This document shows positions 1 to 8,990 of a DNA stretch of 64,000 nt, one piece after another. The translations under genes were made by a program, and so were the position numbers. Within the stretch, counting starts at the first letter, position 1. Each line of letters opens with the position of its first letter. Under the pieces are notes generated by a model. The model was given only the letters and a program-made list of their open reading frames with translations. It had not been told where the DNA came from and ran no database searches. The stretch spans positions 248,001 to 312,000 of the IMG/VR virus record IMGVR_UViG_3300044796_000657. The stretch is one strand, 5' to 3'.

Positions 1-862
1 ATTTGCCAGCCAAACACGATATGCCATGTTCACGAATATTCATCAATTTGATTCGCCCGCTTTGAGTACCAGTATCTATTGCCCTAAGAAGTATGATATT
101 CTTTTCAACATCAGGAGAACAATTCATTGTTACCTCTGAATCCAAGGCACCAACATATGCTTTCATAGGTTTATCGCCCACACAGTTTTCCAACGTGTAA
201 CGACCAATGCCCTTCGGATGATCAATATTAACAAATTCATGAAACGCTTCGCCGAATATCCAACTGTAATTTGCCGATATTTGAAACGAGAAAACCCTAC
301 CCGATGGCATAAATGTCACTGATACGGTTCTTGTGGGTGTGTATTCAGCTTTTTTGAATGAAAACGCACATACCGTATAATCAGTATCATCAAATACTCG
401 CTCTTCAAATACCTTACAATCCAAAATGTCGTATTGTTCAAAAAAGATGCTTCTAATTTCGGCGGATGTTTCTGCTGAAAGAAAGTTAACGGGAACGATC
501 AAAATGCCACCTTCACAACCCATCATGGATCTGATGGAACACTTGTAAAGATCGTCCAAATCATATTTGTCGTATATTGTTTTATCGGGATTTTTATTGC
601 GTGCCAAATATGGTGGATTGGTTATTATCCACTTCCCTTGATAATCAATGGGATTTAATAAAGAGTCATTTGTTATCCAAGGAAGAGTCGGATCAACATC
701 ATAACCGGTAACTGTTTGTGCGTTCCATGCCCAAGGCAAAAGATCGCCAGCACCAGCAAAAGGATCGACAACATCCTTCCCCATTAGAAAGTCTTCAAAT
801 CCCTTCAAAATGTAGTCTTTACGAGTTGTATTAAATTGACCGAGCTGTTTTTTAATTTCCAT
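1..862 (-). CDS. DNA adenine methyltransferase (possibly type IIG-like MTase-nuclease); runs off the left edge
   Basis: Not in the ORF track. Manual translation from ATG at 862: MEIKKQLGQFNTTRKDYIL...VVDPFAGAGDLL (SAM motif I)...WIITNPPYLARN (motif IV). Frame stays open to the window edge. Confidence 0.8.
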   Translation of the reverse strand, partial: MEIKKQLGQFNTTRKDYILKGFEDFLMGKDVVDPFAGAGDLLPWAWNAQTVTGYDVDPTLPWITNDSLLNPIDYQGKWIITNPPYLARNKNPDKTIYDKYDLDDLYKCSIRSMMGCEGGILIVPVNFLSAETSAEIRSIFFEQYDILDCKVFEERVFDDTDYTVCAFSFKKAEYTPTRTVSVTFMPSGRVFSFQISANYSWIFGEAFHEFVNIDHPKGIGRYTLENCVGDKPMKAYVGALDSEVTMNCSPDVEKNIILLRAIDTGTQSGRIKLMNIREHGISCLAGK

Positions 863-875
863 ACCATTAAAAAGT

Positions 876-901
876 AACAGGATCGCAAAAGCGATCCTGT
901 T
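876..901 (-). terminator. Intrinsic terminator hairpin
   Basis: Perfect inverted repeat AACAGGATCGC-AAAA-GCGATCCTGTT with a T-tract on the minus strand, downstream of 930..2231. Confidence 0.7.
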
Positions 902-929
902 CGTGATTATTAATTATTTTATCCTGTCT

Positions 930-2231
930 TTATCCACCACCACTAGAAACATTCACCACTCCACCATTATTCCAGAGTTGACCGGGATTCACAGGATCAG
1001 AAGTTGGCAAGCCTGAAAACATAACAATGCCGGATGTTGCTGCCACAGAAGCCGCAACCAAATTACCACTGTTATCAACAGTTAGATTAGACATACCAAC
1101 AATAAATGTTGATACCGCAACCTGTGCCCCACTATTTAGACTGCCATCAGTACCAATATTAAGGGCGCCGGATGCAAAACTTGCACTGCCATCGGCGCCT
1201 ATCGTAGCTGCGCCACCACCTACACCCAAACTTCCAGTTGTCGTAATTCCCCAAGTGTCCGTAATACCGGTTGTGTTGATATTGGTGTTAACGTTAATTG
1301 AATAAGGATTTATTGCACCGCTGCTATCAATCGTACAACTTCCATTAGCAAATGAAGCTGTACCGTCTACATTAAGTTGAATATTACCACTACCGATACT
1401 CGTGCCCGCACCGGGAGCAATAGTAAAGGAACCCTCGTCTAACCAAACACTCCCATCACTGTTCAATTGGTGGTAGCCGGATGCAAAACTAGCACTACCA
1501 TCAGCGACTATCGTAGCGGCGCCAGAGCCAAATGAGGCCGAACCATCGGACCCTTGTAGGTGGATATTAAGGTCACCCGATGCATCAAATAGTTGTATAT
1601 CACCATCTTGAGTATAATCAGATCCACCTGATTTTAAGATCGGAGTATAAATAGAAGCAGCGAAATTAATGTCCCCAGATGCACTAATAGATAGTCCACC
1701 ATTAGCAAAACTAGCGGAACCGTCCGGCACCAGCACTACACCATCATCACCAACATTGATGTTCCCAGAGAACGTATTGTCAACATTCTTCAATGGTACG
1801 TTGGCTGATAAAACGCCATCGGGCAAACCGTGACTGCCTGTTAATTGGGCTGCTGGAACACTTGTAAGTCCCGATGCTGCTCCTTGGAATGTTCCAGCTT
1901 GTACAATACCTGTTACGTTCAAAGCTCCCGTTAATGCATTACTTGAAGCATTCTTCAGCGGAACATTTGAACTCAACCTAGCATCAGCTACTGTACCACT
2001 GCTGATATTACTACCATTCAAAGAAGTAAGGCTTGCACCTGATCCTGAAAATAATGTAGCAGTAGCCGTTCCCGTGACGGTTAATGGGCCTGCCATTGTT
2101 TGTAATGCTGTTTCTACGATATTAACACAAGAAACCAAAAAGTCTCTAATGTCTTGTGGTGTAATGTCACCACTTGTGTTATCTACTAAAATTGCTTTTA
2201 ACGCAGCAATATTGCGTGCCGTATCTGCCAT
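930..2231 (-). CDS. Gly/Ser/Ala-rich fibre-like virion protein
   Basis: 433 aa, low complexity, about 5 DG(S/T)ASF repeats and a duplicated NVPLKN motif. Confidence 0.5.
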   Translation of the reverse strand: MADTARNIAALKAILVDNTSGDITPQDIRDFLVSCVNIVETALQTMAGPLTVTGTATATLFSGSGASLTSLNGSNISSGTVADARLSSNVPLKNASSNALTGALNVTGIVQAGTFQGAASGLTSVPAAQLTGSHGLPDGVLSANVPLKNVDNTFSGNINVGDDGVVLVPDGSASFANGGLSISASGDINFAASIYTPILKSGGSDYTQDGDIQLFDASGDLNIHLQGSDGSASFGSGAATIVADGSASFASGYHQLNSDGSVWLDEGSFTIAPGAGTSIGSGNIQLNVDGTASFANGSCTIDSSGAINPYSINVNTNINTTGITDTWGITTTGSLGVGGGAATIGADGSASFASGALNIGTDGSLNSGAQVAVSTFIVGMSNLTVDNSGNLVAASVAATSGIVMFSGLPTSDPVNPGQLWNNGGVVNVSSGGG

Positions 2232-2280
2232 ATTATTATCCTTAGATGAGTGTCCTCTATATATTATCTTTTAAATAAAA

Positions 2281-2307
2281 AAACAAGATCGTAAAACGAT
2301 CTTGTTT
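2281..2307 (-). terminator. Intrinsic terminator hairpin related to 876..901
   Basis: AAACAAGATCGT-AAA-ACGATCTTGTTT with a minus-strand T-tract, downstream of 2328..2714. Confidence 0.7.
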
Positions 2308-2327
2308 GCTTATCTGCGATTAATATA

Positions 2328-2714
2328 TCACTGCATATCAATCATCTTTTCAAATTCATCCCAATTGATCAATCCATCACCATCAGTATCCATAACATTA
2401 ATAATTTGAATTGCTATAGCCCATCGTGACAACGACATCCCAACACCAGACTTAGCCAAAATTACACACAATTCATCTTGATTAACTTTGCCGTCATTAT
2501 CTGTATCTTCGGTGTCAAAAGCCTTCTTCCAATCACCATCATATTTATCTTTTACAAACGCTGTTACTTTATCAATGACTTCTTTTTTTGTACTCATAGA
2601 TTCTTGAATTATTCCAGTGCCATTACACTTTGGGCAATCAACATATTGTGATTCGCAATTTCCAGCATTTGGATTAGACACTCTTCCAGTACCTTTACAA
2701 TTTTTGCATTTCAC
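2328..2714 (-). CDS. DnaJ-type zinc finger fused to two EF-hands
   Basis: CKNCKGTG...CPKCNGTG; loops DTDNDGKVNQDE and DTDGDGLINWDE; GTG start with GGAGG SD. Confidence 0.75.
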   Translation of the reverse strand: MKCKNCKGTGRVSNPNAGNCESQYVDCPKCNGTGIIQESMSTKKEVIDKVTAFVKDKYDGDWKKAFDTEDTDNDGKVNQDELCVILAKSGVGMSLSRWAIAIQIINVMDTDGDGLINWDEFEKMIDMQ

Positions 2715-2887
2715 GTGACATCAACCTCCAAAAAAAAGCATGGCCCATAGACCACGCTTTTATCGCCACTCGCATATCTAAAGTATAAGGCAAAGTAACG
2801 TGTTTTTGTTAACCCGTCGTTTGCTTCATCCGCTTGTCTTTACTAGGGAAGGCGGCTTATTAATTTTTCGTCTCAAGGAGGTCATAC

Positions 2888-2995
2888 ATGACCAATCCAA
2901 AGCCGAAGGTGCGCATAGCTAAATATATATGCCGTATCTTCAAATTTCTGAAGTGGCTTTCAGAACACATAATCATTCCTCTACTAATTCCTTAA
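2888..2995 (+). CDS. 35-aa basic/hydrophobic peptide
   Basis: Below the ORF-track cutoff: MTNPKPKVRIAKYICRIFKFLKWLSEHIIIPLLIP. Preceded by AAGGAGG SD, followed by the 3000..3031 terminator. Confidence 0.6.
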   Translation: MTNPKPKVRIAKYICRIFKFLKWLSEHIIIPLLIP

Positions 2996-2999
2996 ACCG

Positions 3000-3031
3000 A
3001 AAAAAGCCGCCCATATGGGCGGCTTTTTTTT
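3000..3031. terminator. Bidirectional intrinsic terminator
   Basis: AAAAAAGCCGCCCATATGGGCGGCTTTTTTTT between convergent genes. Confidence 0.85.
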
Positions 3032-3032
3032 G

Positions 3033-4655
3033 TTACATACCAGAACTAGAACTAGAACTAGAACTAGAACTAGAACTACAAGTCGGCTTGACAAGTGCCT
3101 CTTTATAAGCAAGCCATGCTTTACCAACTTCTATTATCTTCGCTTCAATTGACGACAAATAAGCCAAAATCTTATTGAAATAGTCGTTCATTTTATCGCC
3201 ATTACAGGAAGCTGAACTACATGTTAAATTTCGCATATCTTGATAGACTTTCGAAATATCTTTCATATAAGATAATCGACTACTAATCAAAGATGTTACG
3301 TAGTCAAGGATTTTACCCCATGCCGCATAGCACGCATCGTCATTTTTAGCCTTAGCATCAGCCATTCCTGCTTTTGCTTCTTTTTTCAATTGATCCATCG
3401 CATATTCGGCTTTGGACACTTTAACTGTTCCATCATTCTGTCGTGTAAAGACAAAATTGCCGCCGGGGAAATAAGTTTTATCTCTCTGCCAAAGAAATGT
3501 AATTTTATCGTCAATTGATTTTTTGATTTTAACACACTCAGGATCAGCAGGTTGCTTTAAACACCAACAAGCCTGAGCCATAGTCGTTATCTTATCAACA
3601 ATTTGAACACACAGCGTTGTATATCCATCCAGATCAAGTTCTTCATCTGGATTAGCAAGTTTTTTATTTCCATCACATGCTTTTTGCGCAGCGGCTTTTA
3701 ATAAATTAGTTACATCGTTTTGTGCGTTATCTATATCGTTAGCAGTAGCAAGAGGCAATGTGGGAACCAATGCTTGTCGCCATCTATTATCAAAACCGTT
3801 AATGTTCAACATGTGTACTCTATCGTTCAATCTGATAAATTCTAACATTTGATCATTTGCTTCATCTTGACTATATCCACAGTCTGCGAATATTGACCTC
3901 ATACAATCTCTAAAAGGTCTTTCTGATCGATATTTTTGAACACGCCCGGCCAATTCATCAATAACACCATAAACGAATAATGCGGTACCGGCAACATTCA
4001 AAGCAGTACCTAAAAAATTTGTCGGCGGTGTTGGAACCGGATTTGTTGGTCGTAGTGCAGTACCTGGTATTGTTTGCGTTCTAAAAGGGTTAAAACTATT
4101 AGGATCGACAGGAACACTCGGCGGTGGCTCAAGAAGAGGATTAGGTACACCCGGATAAGGAATCGTTCTCGAAGGGTTAAACGCAGGATCGACAGTAACA
4201 GCCGGTGGCTCAGGTACACCCGGATTGAATGGCCCTCTAGGCGTTATAGAAGGATCTGGTGCCATAACAGGAGGTGTTGGAGTCGTTGGAGTAGTTGGTG
4301 GTGGAGTCGGAGGTGGAGTCATTGGCGACTGAGGTCTTATATTAAATCTTTCTGTTGGTGGGCCTTCCGGAGCAGCAGGTTGCCCCTCCAAATAATCAAA
4401 GATAGACCCTTCTAATGGTCTAATTTGACGACTATCTGGTCCATAAGTCGGCAATCTTGGCATTGTTCGTGGCTCTATATGAGGTCGCAAATCTGGTACA
4501 GTCCCCGCTGGAGGCCGTGGTGGCCCTGCTGATGCGGGGCCGGGTGGTCCAAGATTTGGCCTAGTTAAACCACCGCTGCGAGTTGGTCCAGGTTGTCCTT
4601 GTTGTCCGGGGATATATACCCAAGGTTGTGGTGGTGTGCCGGGTGGATTAGCCAT
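3033..4655 (-). CDS. Pro-rich N-terminus / Cys-rich helical C-terminus protein, probable paralog of 55636..57135
   Basis: 540 aa; starts MANPPGTPP, ends in poly-Ser; hydrophobic linker in the middle. Confidence 0.6.
   Translation of the reverse strand: MANPPGTPPQPWVYIPGQQGQPGPTRSGGLTRPNLGPPGPASAGPPRPPAGTVPDLRPHIEPRTMPRLPTYGPDSRQIRPLEGSIFDYLEGQPAAPEGPPTERFNIRPQSPMTPPPTPPPTTPTTPTPPVMAPDPSITPRGPFNPGVPEPPAVTVDPAFNPSRTIPYPGVPNPLLEPPPSVPVDPNSFNPFRTQTIPGTALRPTNPVPTPPTNFLGTALNVAGTALFVYGVIDELAGRVQKYRSERPFRDCMRSIFADCGYSQDEANDQMLEFIRLNDRVHMLNINGFDNRWRQALVPTLPLATANDIDNAQNDVTNLLKAAAQKACDGNKKLANPDEELDLDGYTTLCVQIVDKITTMAQACWCLKQPADPECVKIKKSIDDKITFLWQRDKTYFPGGNFVFTRQNDGTVKVSKAEYAMDQLKKEAKAGMADAKAKNDDACYAAWGKILDYVTSLISSRLSYMKDISKVYQDMRNLTCSSASCNGDKMNDYFNKILAYLSSIEAKIIEVGKAWLAYKEALVKPTCSSSSSSSSSSSSGM
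3042..3077. repeat. (AGAACT)6 tandem hexamer encoding the poly-Ser tail
   Basis: Six perfect copies read directly; AGT TCT codons on the minus strand. Confidence 0.9.
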
Positions 4656-4698
4656 ATTTTTTCTTTAAAAAGAGATTGATAACTTAATTAGTCATAAC

Positions 4699-4732
4699 AA
4701 AAAAAAAGCCGCCCATATGGGCGGCTTTTTTT
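4699..4732. terminator. Bidirectional terminator with the same core as 3000..3031
   Basis: AAAAAAAAAGCCGCCCATATGGGCGGCTTTTTTT. Confidence 0.85.
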
Positions 4733-4743
4733 ATCAATCTCTT

Positions 4744-5316
4744 TTACGTAACATCTACTTCTGGTTCTTTGTTCATCTTTTCGCACAATTTACCAATGCG
4801 ATCACGGAGACTTTCCAATTCTTTGAGAATACCACCACCGCCTTGAGCTTCCGAGTCGTGGTGTTTGCGTTCCATTGCCTCAACCTTACGCTTTAACTCG
4901 TCCAATTCCCGTAATTCAGGGCCATCGGAAAAGTTCTTCGTAACTCTGACATGACCATCAGGACCGACACCATCTGGGCCGGTACTTGATTGCTGAGTAG
5001 GGTTTGTTTTGGTAGGAGTAAACGCACCGAAATTGGCCTTTGGCTTAGTTTCACCATTGTCCCAATCGACAATCAAGTCGTGCATACTAACGGAACGAGC
5101 GTAAATGTCGGCCCATGACGGATCGACTTCCGGCTCTTTTTCAGAACCAGTGCTGTTGAAGGGCTTGTTAGGTGCGAAATAGCTAACCGCTCTTGGCTGT
5201 TCAGGCTGAATATTGGCAGTTAACTCAGACGTAGATTCTTTGGCGAACTGTTCAGCAGCGACATCCCATTTGGCAAGCCACTTGTTAAACTCTTCATTGG
5301 TCGTTGTATCTCTCAT
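4744..5316 (-). CDS. Hypothetical protein with C-terminal coiled coil; probable late gene
   Basis: 190-aa ORF; TAAATA 6 nt upstream of ATG. Confidence 0.5.
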   Translation of the reverse strand: MRDTTTNEEFNKWLAKWDVAAEQFAKESTSELTANIQPEQPRAVSYFAPNKPFNSTGSEKEPEVDPSWADIYARSVSMHDLIVDWDNGETKPKANFGAFTPTKTNPTQQSSTGPDGVGPDGHVRVTKNFSDGPELRELDELKRKVEAMERKHHDSEAQGGGGILKELESLRDRIGKLCEKMNKEPEVDVT

Positions 5317-5322
5317 AACCTT

Positions 5323-5328
5323 TATTTA
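5323..5328 (-). promoter_or_regulatory. TAAATA late-promoter-like box
   Basis: TAAATA-aaggtt-ATG(5316). Confidence 0.5.
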
Positions 5329-5354
5329 GGGCTATGATCGCAATTTCTTCAAAG

Positions 5355-5606
5355 TCACTCTTTTTTCATAGCATCTTTATATTGCTTTGTTCTCTTGCAA
5401 CTAGAACACGTAACGGCACTAGCCAAACAACTGTGCTGAATAAGATTGCCGTGCTTACGGAAATCGTTATAGCTTGACATGTCCGGAGCCGTATAGATCG
5501 TGTCACCGCAAATAAAAGTCCCACAAGCTGTAAAATCAGATAAAGCGTAATGGACTGTAATTTTTGGTTCGATTGCTGCCTTCTTAACCTTCATAATAAT
5601 TCTCAC
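5355..5606 (-). CDS. Hypothetical Cys/His-containing protein
   Basis: 83-aa ORF coupled to the tyrS stop. Confidence 0.45.
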   Translation of the reverse strand: MRIIMKVKKAAIEPKITVHYALSDFTACGTFICGDTIYTAPDMSSYNDFRKHGNLIQHSCLASAVTCSSCKRTKQYKDAMKKE

Positions 5607-6760
5607 TGGAATACAATTGCGTACTTTCTGCCTACCCGTAAACGGCGACTAATGCCACCCGTCTCCATCTTAATTGCCAAGAATGGATCAATCACTTTTT
5701 CGCCGTCCAAATCCACGGCACCCTGAATAACCAAGCGACGGGCTTCATTGTTGCTAGTAGTCAAACCAGCAGCACAAATCAGCCTCATAAGCGTGGTGTC
5801 ATTCACCAAAACCTTAACTTCGGGAATGTCATCAGGCTCTTTGCGAAGACTGAATTGGTTAACCCATTGAACAGCCGCCGCCGCAGCCTTATCTGTACCA
5901 TGCATTGATTCTACAATACGAAGCGCAAGGGACTTTTTACTATCCAAAGGTGCGATCCAATCAATGCCATTCGTGAGCAAATCCACCCACTCTTGCATAA
6001 GTGTATCAGGAATGCTCATCACTTTACAGTACATTTCAAAAGGCTCTTCATCTACACCGATGTAGTTTCCGAGACTTTTGCCCATTTTCTTAACGCCGTC
6101 CATGCCCCGCAAGATCGGCAAAGTGATACAAACTTGCTGTTCCATACCAGCAAGTTTCTGCATATCACGGCCAAAATTCAAGTTAAACATCTGTTCTGTG
6201 CCGCCAAGTTCAACATCGGCAGCAACCATCACACTGTCGTACCCTTGTAGCATCGGGTACATCAACTCACTCACCTGAATAGGTTGTTCGGCTTTAAATC
6301 GATTGTTGAAATCCTCACGATCCAATATCTGACTGACTGTGAAGGTCTTAAGTTGCTCTAATGTCCATCGCAAATCGCATTTATTCAGCCAAGTACTGTT
6401 AAGATTGACTTCTGCCTTCTTGATGTCTACAACTTTACCAATTTGCTTCAAGTACTTCCGAGCATTATCCTTGGCTTCGTCAGGGGTGATTGAAGTGCTT
6501 CGAAGTTCATTTCTGCCTGTGGGATCGCCGATTGATGCCGTGAAGTCGCCCATAATGAGTACGGCAATATGTCCTTCATCTTGAAACGCCTTCATTAACC
6601 TCAATGGAACAGTATGTCCCAAGTGTACGTGCGGAGTGGTAGGATCAATGCCGTACTTGACACGCAAGGGACGACCCTTCTTCAGCTTCGCTTCCAAGGC
6701 GGGAACTTTTGAAGGGTCAAATTGCTTAACTTTTTCAAGTACCTTGCTCATATCATTCAT
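5603..6760 (-). CDS. tyrS: Tyrosyl-tRNA synthetase
   Basis: YGIDPTTPHVHLGH (HIGH), ELGGTEQMFN, KMGKSLGN (KMSKS) and a C-terminal S4 domain. Confidence 0.95.
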   Translation of the reverse strand: MNDMSKVLEKVKQFDPSKVPALEAKLKKGRPLRVKYGIDPTTPHVHLGHTVPLRLMKAFQDEGHIAVLIMGDFTASIGDPTGRNELRSTSITPDEAKDNARKYLKQIGKVVDIKKAEVNLNSTWLNKCDLRWTLEQLKTFTVSQILDREDFNNRFKAEQPIQVSELMYPMLQGYDSVMVAADVELGGTEQMFNLNFGRDMQKLAGMEQQVCITLPILRGMDGVKKMGKSLGNYIGVDEEPFEMYCKVMSIPDTLMQEWVDLLTNGIDWIAPLDSKKSLALRIVESMHGTDKAAAAAVQWVNQFSLRKEPDDIPEVKVLVNDTTLMRLICAAGLTTSNNEARRLVIQGAVDLDGEKVIDPFLAIKMETGGISRRLRVGRKYAIVFQ

Positions 6761-7715
6761 CTTTCAATTCTTTGGCCTGTTCCTTGAAATAATCCCATGC
6801 TTCCACTAATGCGGCTTCGGCTTTTTTGTCCGTCTGGGAAATCGCCTGTACATTGGTGATACCGAAATTTTTCTTCATCGCTTCCTGAAAGTACGTCATC
6901 GTGTGAGGAGCATTCGGATAACTCCCGGCACTGCCTAAGTCCTTAAACTTATGGGGAAGAGTCTCTTTGTAAATCGACTCGTTGTACGGTCTGGTATATC
7001 CGAAGCCTTCTGCCCACGTGCCGCCAGAAGTCTTAATGGGCTTCTGCGCTGCCAACCTACGAGGATCAGCAGAATGGGTTCTTGATAAAAGAATATCCGC
7101 TTTCGGATTCCAGTTAGGTCTAGAGCCACCGTAAATGCTGTGGTGAGCAAAGCCACCGAGACGCATCAAGGAATAGAACACCGTTGGATCAGTATTCATG
7201 TTAGTTAATATGAAATAACTATCCTTGAAAATGATCGTCTTTTTGTTGCCGAATGCTGCTACCCACGGGGATTCCGCCGAAAAGATGAATTCGTAATACG
7301 GCAGCTTGAAAACATCCTTGGTACTCGGACGGCAGCATCCAATGTAAATGATGTCACCTTCGGGGAACGGCACATAAATATCCCTTGGAAAGTAGGGATT
7401 CATGAAGTGCTTCTCACCGTGCGAATCACGATACTTAACAAGACCACCCAAACACGGCATTGAGTGCCGCCAATAGGTGAAAAATTCGCCATCTTTGAAA
7501 GTCGTGACTGTGTACGTCAACCCTTTCGGCTGACCTAACAAAAACTCCGTCGCTGCAAGAGCCTCTTCCTTGGTTTTGCTGCGTACGAACTCATCGTCAC
7601 GATAAACATTCTTGTTCTGAACCGGCTCTGCCCATTTCCACTTAACGGTTTCTACAGTAAATTTGCCGCTGACTTTGGTTTTGACTTCTTTGGCTTTTGA
7701 CACGATCAATCTCAC
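6753..7715 (-). CDS. Hypothetical protein
   Basis: 320-aa ORF in operon-like arrangement; no motif recognised. Confidence 0.5.
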   Translation of the reverse strand: MRLIVSKAKEVKTKVSGKFTVETVKWKWAEPVQNKNVYRDDEFVRSKTKEEALAATEFLLGQPKGLTYTVTTFKDGEFFTYWRHSMPCLGGLVKYRDSHGEKHFMNPYFPRDIYVPFPEGDIIYIGCCRPSTKDVFKLPYYEFIFSAESPWVAAFGNKKTIIFKDSYFILTNMNTDPTVFYSLMRLGGFAHHSIYGGSRPNWNPKADILLSRTHSADPRRLAAQKPIKTSGGTWAEGFGYTRPYNESIYKETLPHKFKDLGSAGSYPNAPHTMTYFQEAMKKNFGITNVQAISQTDKKAEAALVEAWDYFKEQAKELKDE

Positions 7716-7779
7716 TTGAGTGGTCTAATAAAGGGTGCAGCCGTCATTGGTTACATATTACCCTATAAAACCCGTGATT

Positions 7780-8373
7780 TCAAACCGTATTGGAATAACC
7801 ATAACGGTTAAAATCTTCGTAAAAAACAGAGTAGACCTTATCAATCGTGACGGGGTTGGCATAATAAAGACGCCAATTCCCATACCCGTCACCGCCACTC
7901 TGTTTGCCGACTTGCTTCTCAGGCAGTTTACCTACTAAATTAAAAAATTTCAATCTTTCCCATTCACTGTTAAGATTTTCGTACGTAATAATTTTGATTG
8001 GCTTGTTAAAGTGCTTTTGTGCTTCATCAATCACCGACGATTGTACAGATAAATGAAACTTGTTATATCCACAACCACTCGCCCCCGCCCGCAACCCTTC
8101 AACGTACGCATCGAATGCTTGATGCCGAAAATCTACATCTCCGGTATCTATGTGTTTAAATACCTCAAACCACTTACTAACAGTTCGTGAAAAAGGGTTA
8201 CGAACAACAGCAAAGGCAAAATAGCCCCGCATATCACCCGTTGGCGGTTGGATACTATGATGCCCCATACCTTCGGTGCTGCCGCCGATTTTCTTTAATG
8301 TACTGGATACGGTACGGGATGCGTTTTTAGGGAGAGCCAGAAACGCTATTTTGTGTTTGCGAACAATATGCAT
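7780..8373 (-). CDS. Sulfotransferase-family protein
   Basis: LPKNASRTV (5'-PSB-like) and FAVVRNPFSRTVSKW (3'-PB-like). Confidence 0.7.
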   Translation of the reverse strand: MHIVRKHKIAFLALPKNASRTVSSTLKKIGGSTEGMGHHSIQPPTGDMRGYFAFAVVRNPFSRTVSKWFEVFKHIDTGDVDFRHQAFDAYVEGLRAGASGCGYNKFHLSVQSSVIDEAQKHFNKPIKIITYENLNSEWERLKFFNLVGKLPEKQVGKQSGGDGYGNWRLYYANPVTIDKVYSVFYEDFNRYGYSNTV

Positions 8374-8945
8374 CAGTGATATTTCTTCTTGATAATGCTG
8401 TGTTCTCTATTTATTGTCGGGCCTTTAACCTTCAAAGCATCAAGAAGTGAAACAGTATAACTGATATTGCCAAGTTTTTTGTTTGAAAATCTCTTATCGT
8501 CTATAGGTACGATAAAAATCAAATTTTCCAAGACGAGATGAGGAACCAAAATTGGGGCTTTTTGTCCCGGCGGAAGTTCAATTTCTGCTACGCCGAAATA
8601 ATTGTGTCTGCCGTGTTTGAAGAAATCAACTTCCCAACCTTCGTGGATATAGCGGGTTTTGGTAACTTGATTGGTACCCTTAGACCACAACTTGTTAAAG
8701 TCATCAACATCAATAGACGACTCTATTTCCACAACTTCGCCGGGCGTTCCACAATCCTGCTTAAATGTGAAGTAATAGCTTTTTTCACCATTAAGTTTGG
8801 ATGATCGAACACGGGCAGAGATACCACGCTCCGTTACGAGATACCTCTGTTCAATAAGAAGGATTTGCTCAGACGCTTCGGCAAACTTGCGTTCTACCTT
8901 GTCAGTTTCGTGAATGACATATTTACGTTCGTTTTCAATAGGAAT
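8373..8945 (-). CDS. CYTH-domain (triphosphate tunnel) protein, probable ATT start
   Basis: The ExERKY motif (IENERKYV) lies 71 codons upstream of the first canonical start (GTG 8732), in frame. GGAGG-7nt-ATT CCT ATT GAA gives MPIENERKY. Also KTRY, WEVDFF and AEIEL motifs. Confidence 0.8.
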   Translation of the reverse strand: MPIENERKYVIHETDKVERKFAEASEQILLIEQRYLVTERGISARVRSSKLNGEKSYYFTFKQDCGTPGEVVEIESSIDVDDFNKLWSKGTNQVTKTRYIHEGWEVDFFKHGRHNYFGVAEIELPPGQKAPILVPHLVLENLIFIVPIDDKRFSNKKLGNISYTVSLLDALKVKGPTINREHSIIKKKYH

Positions 8946-8990
8946 GGCAAGCCCTCCAAATTTAGAAGTCTCAATCGTCTTATAGTTATG

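Noticed and set aside
4744-5316. EEFNKWLAK as another capsid-targeting tag
   Set aside because: The motif is offset from the N-terminus and lacks the following Glu, so it was not counted despite the late-type box.
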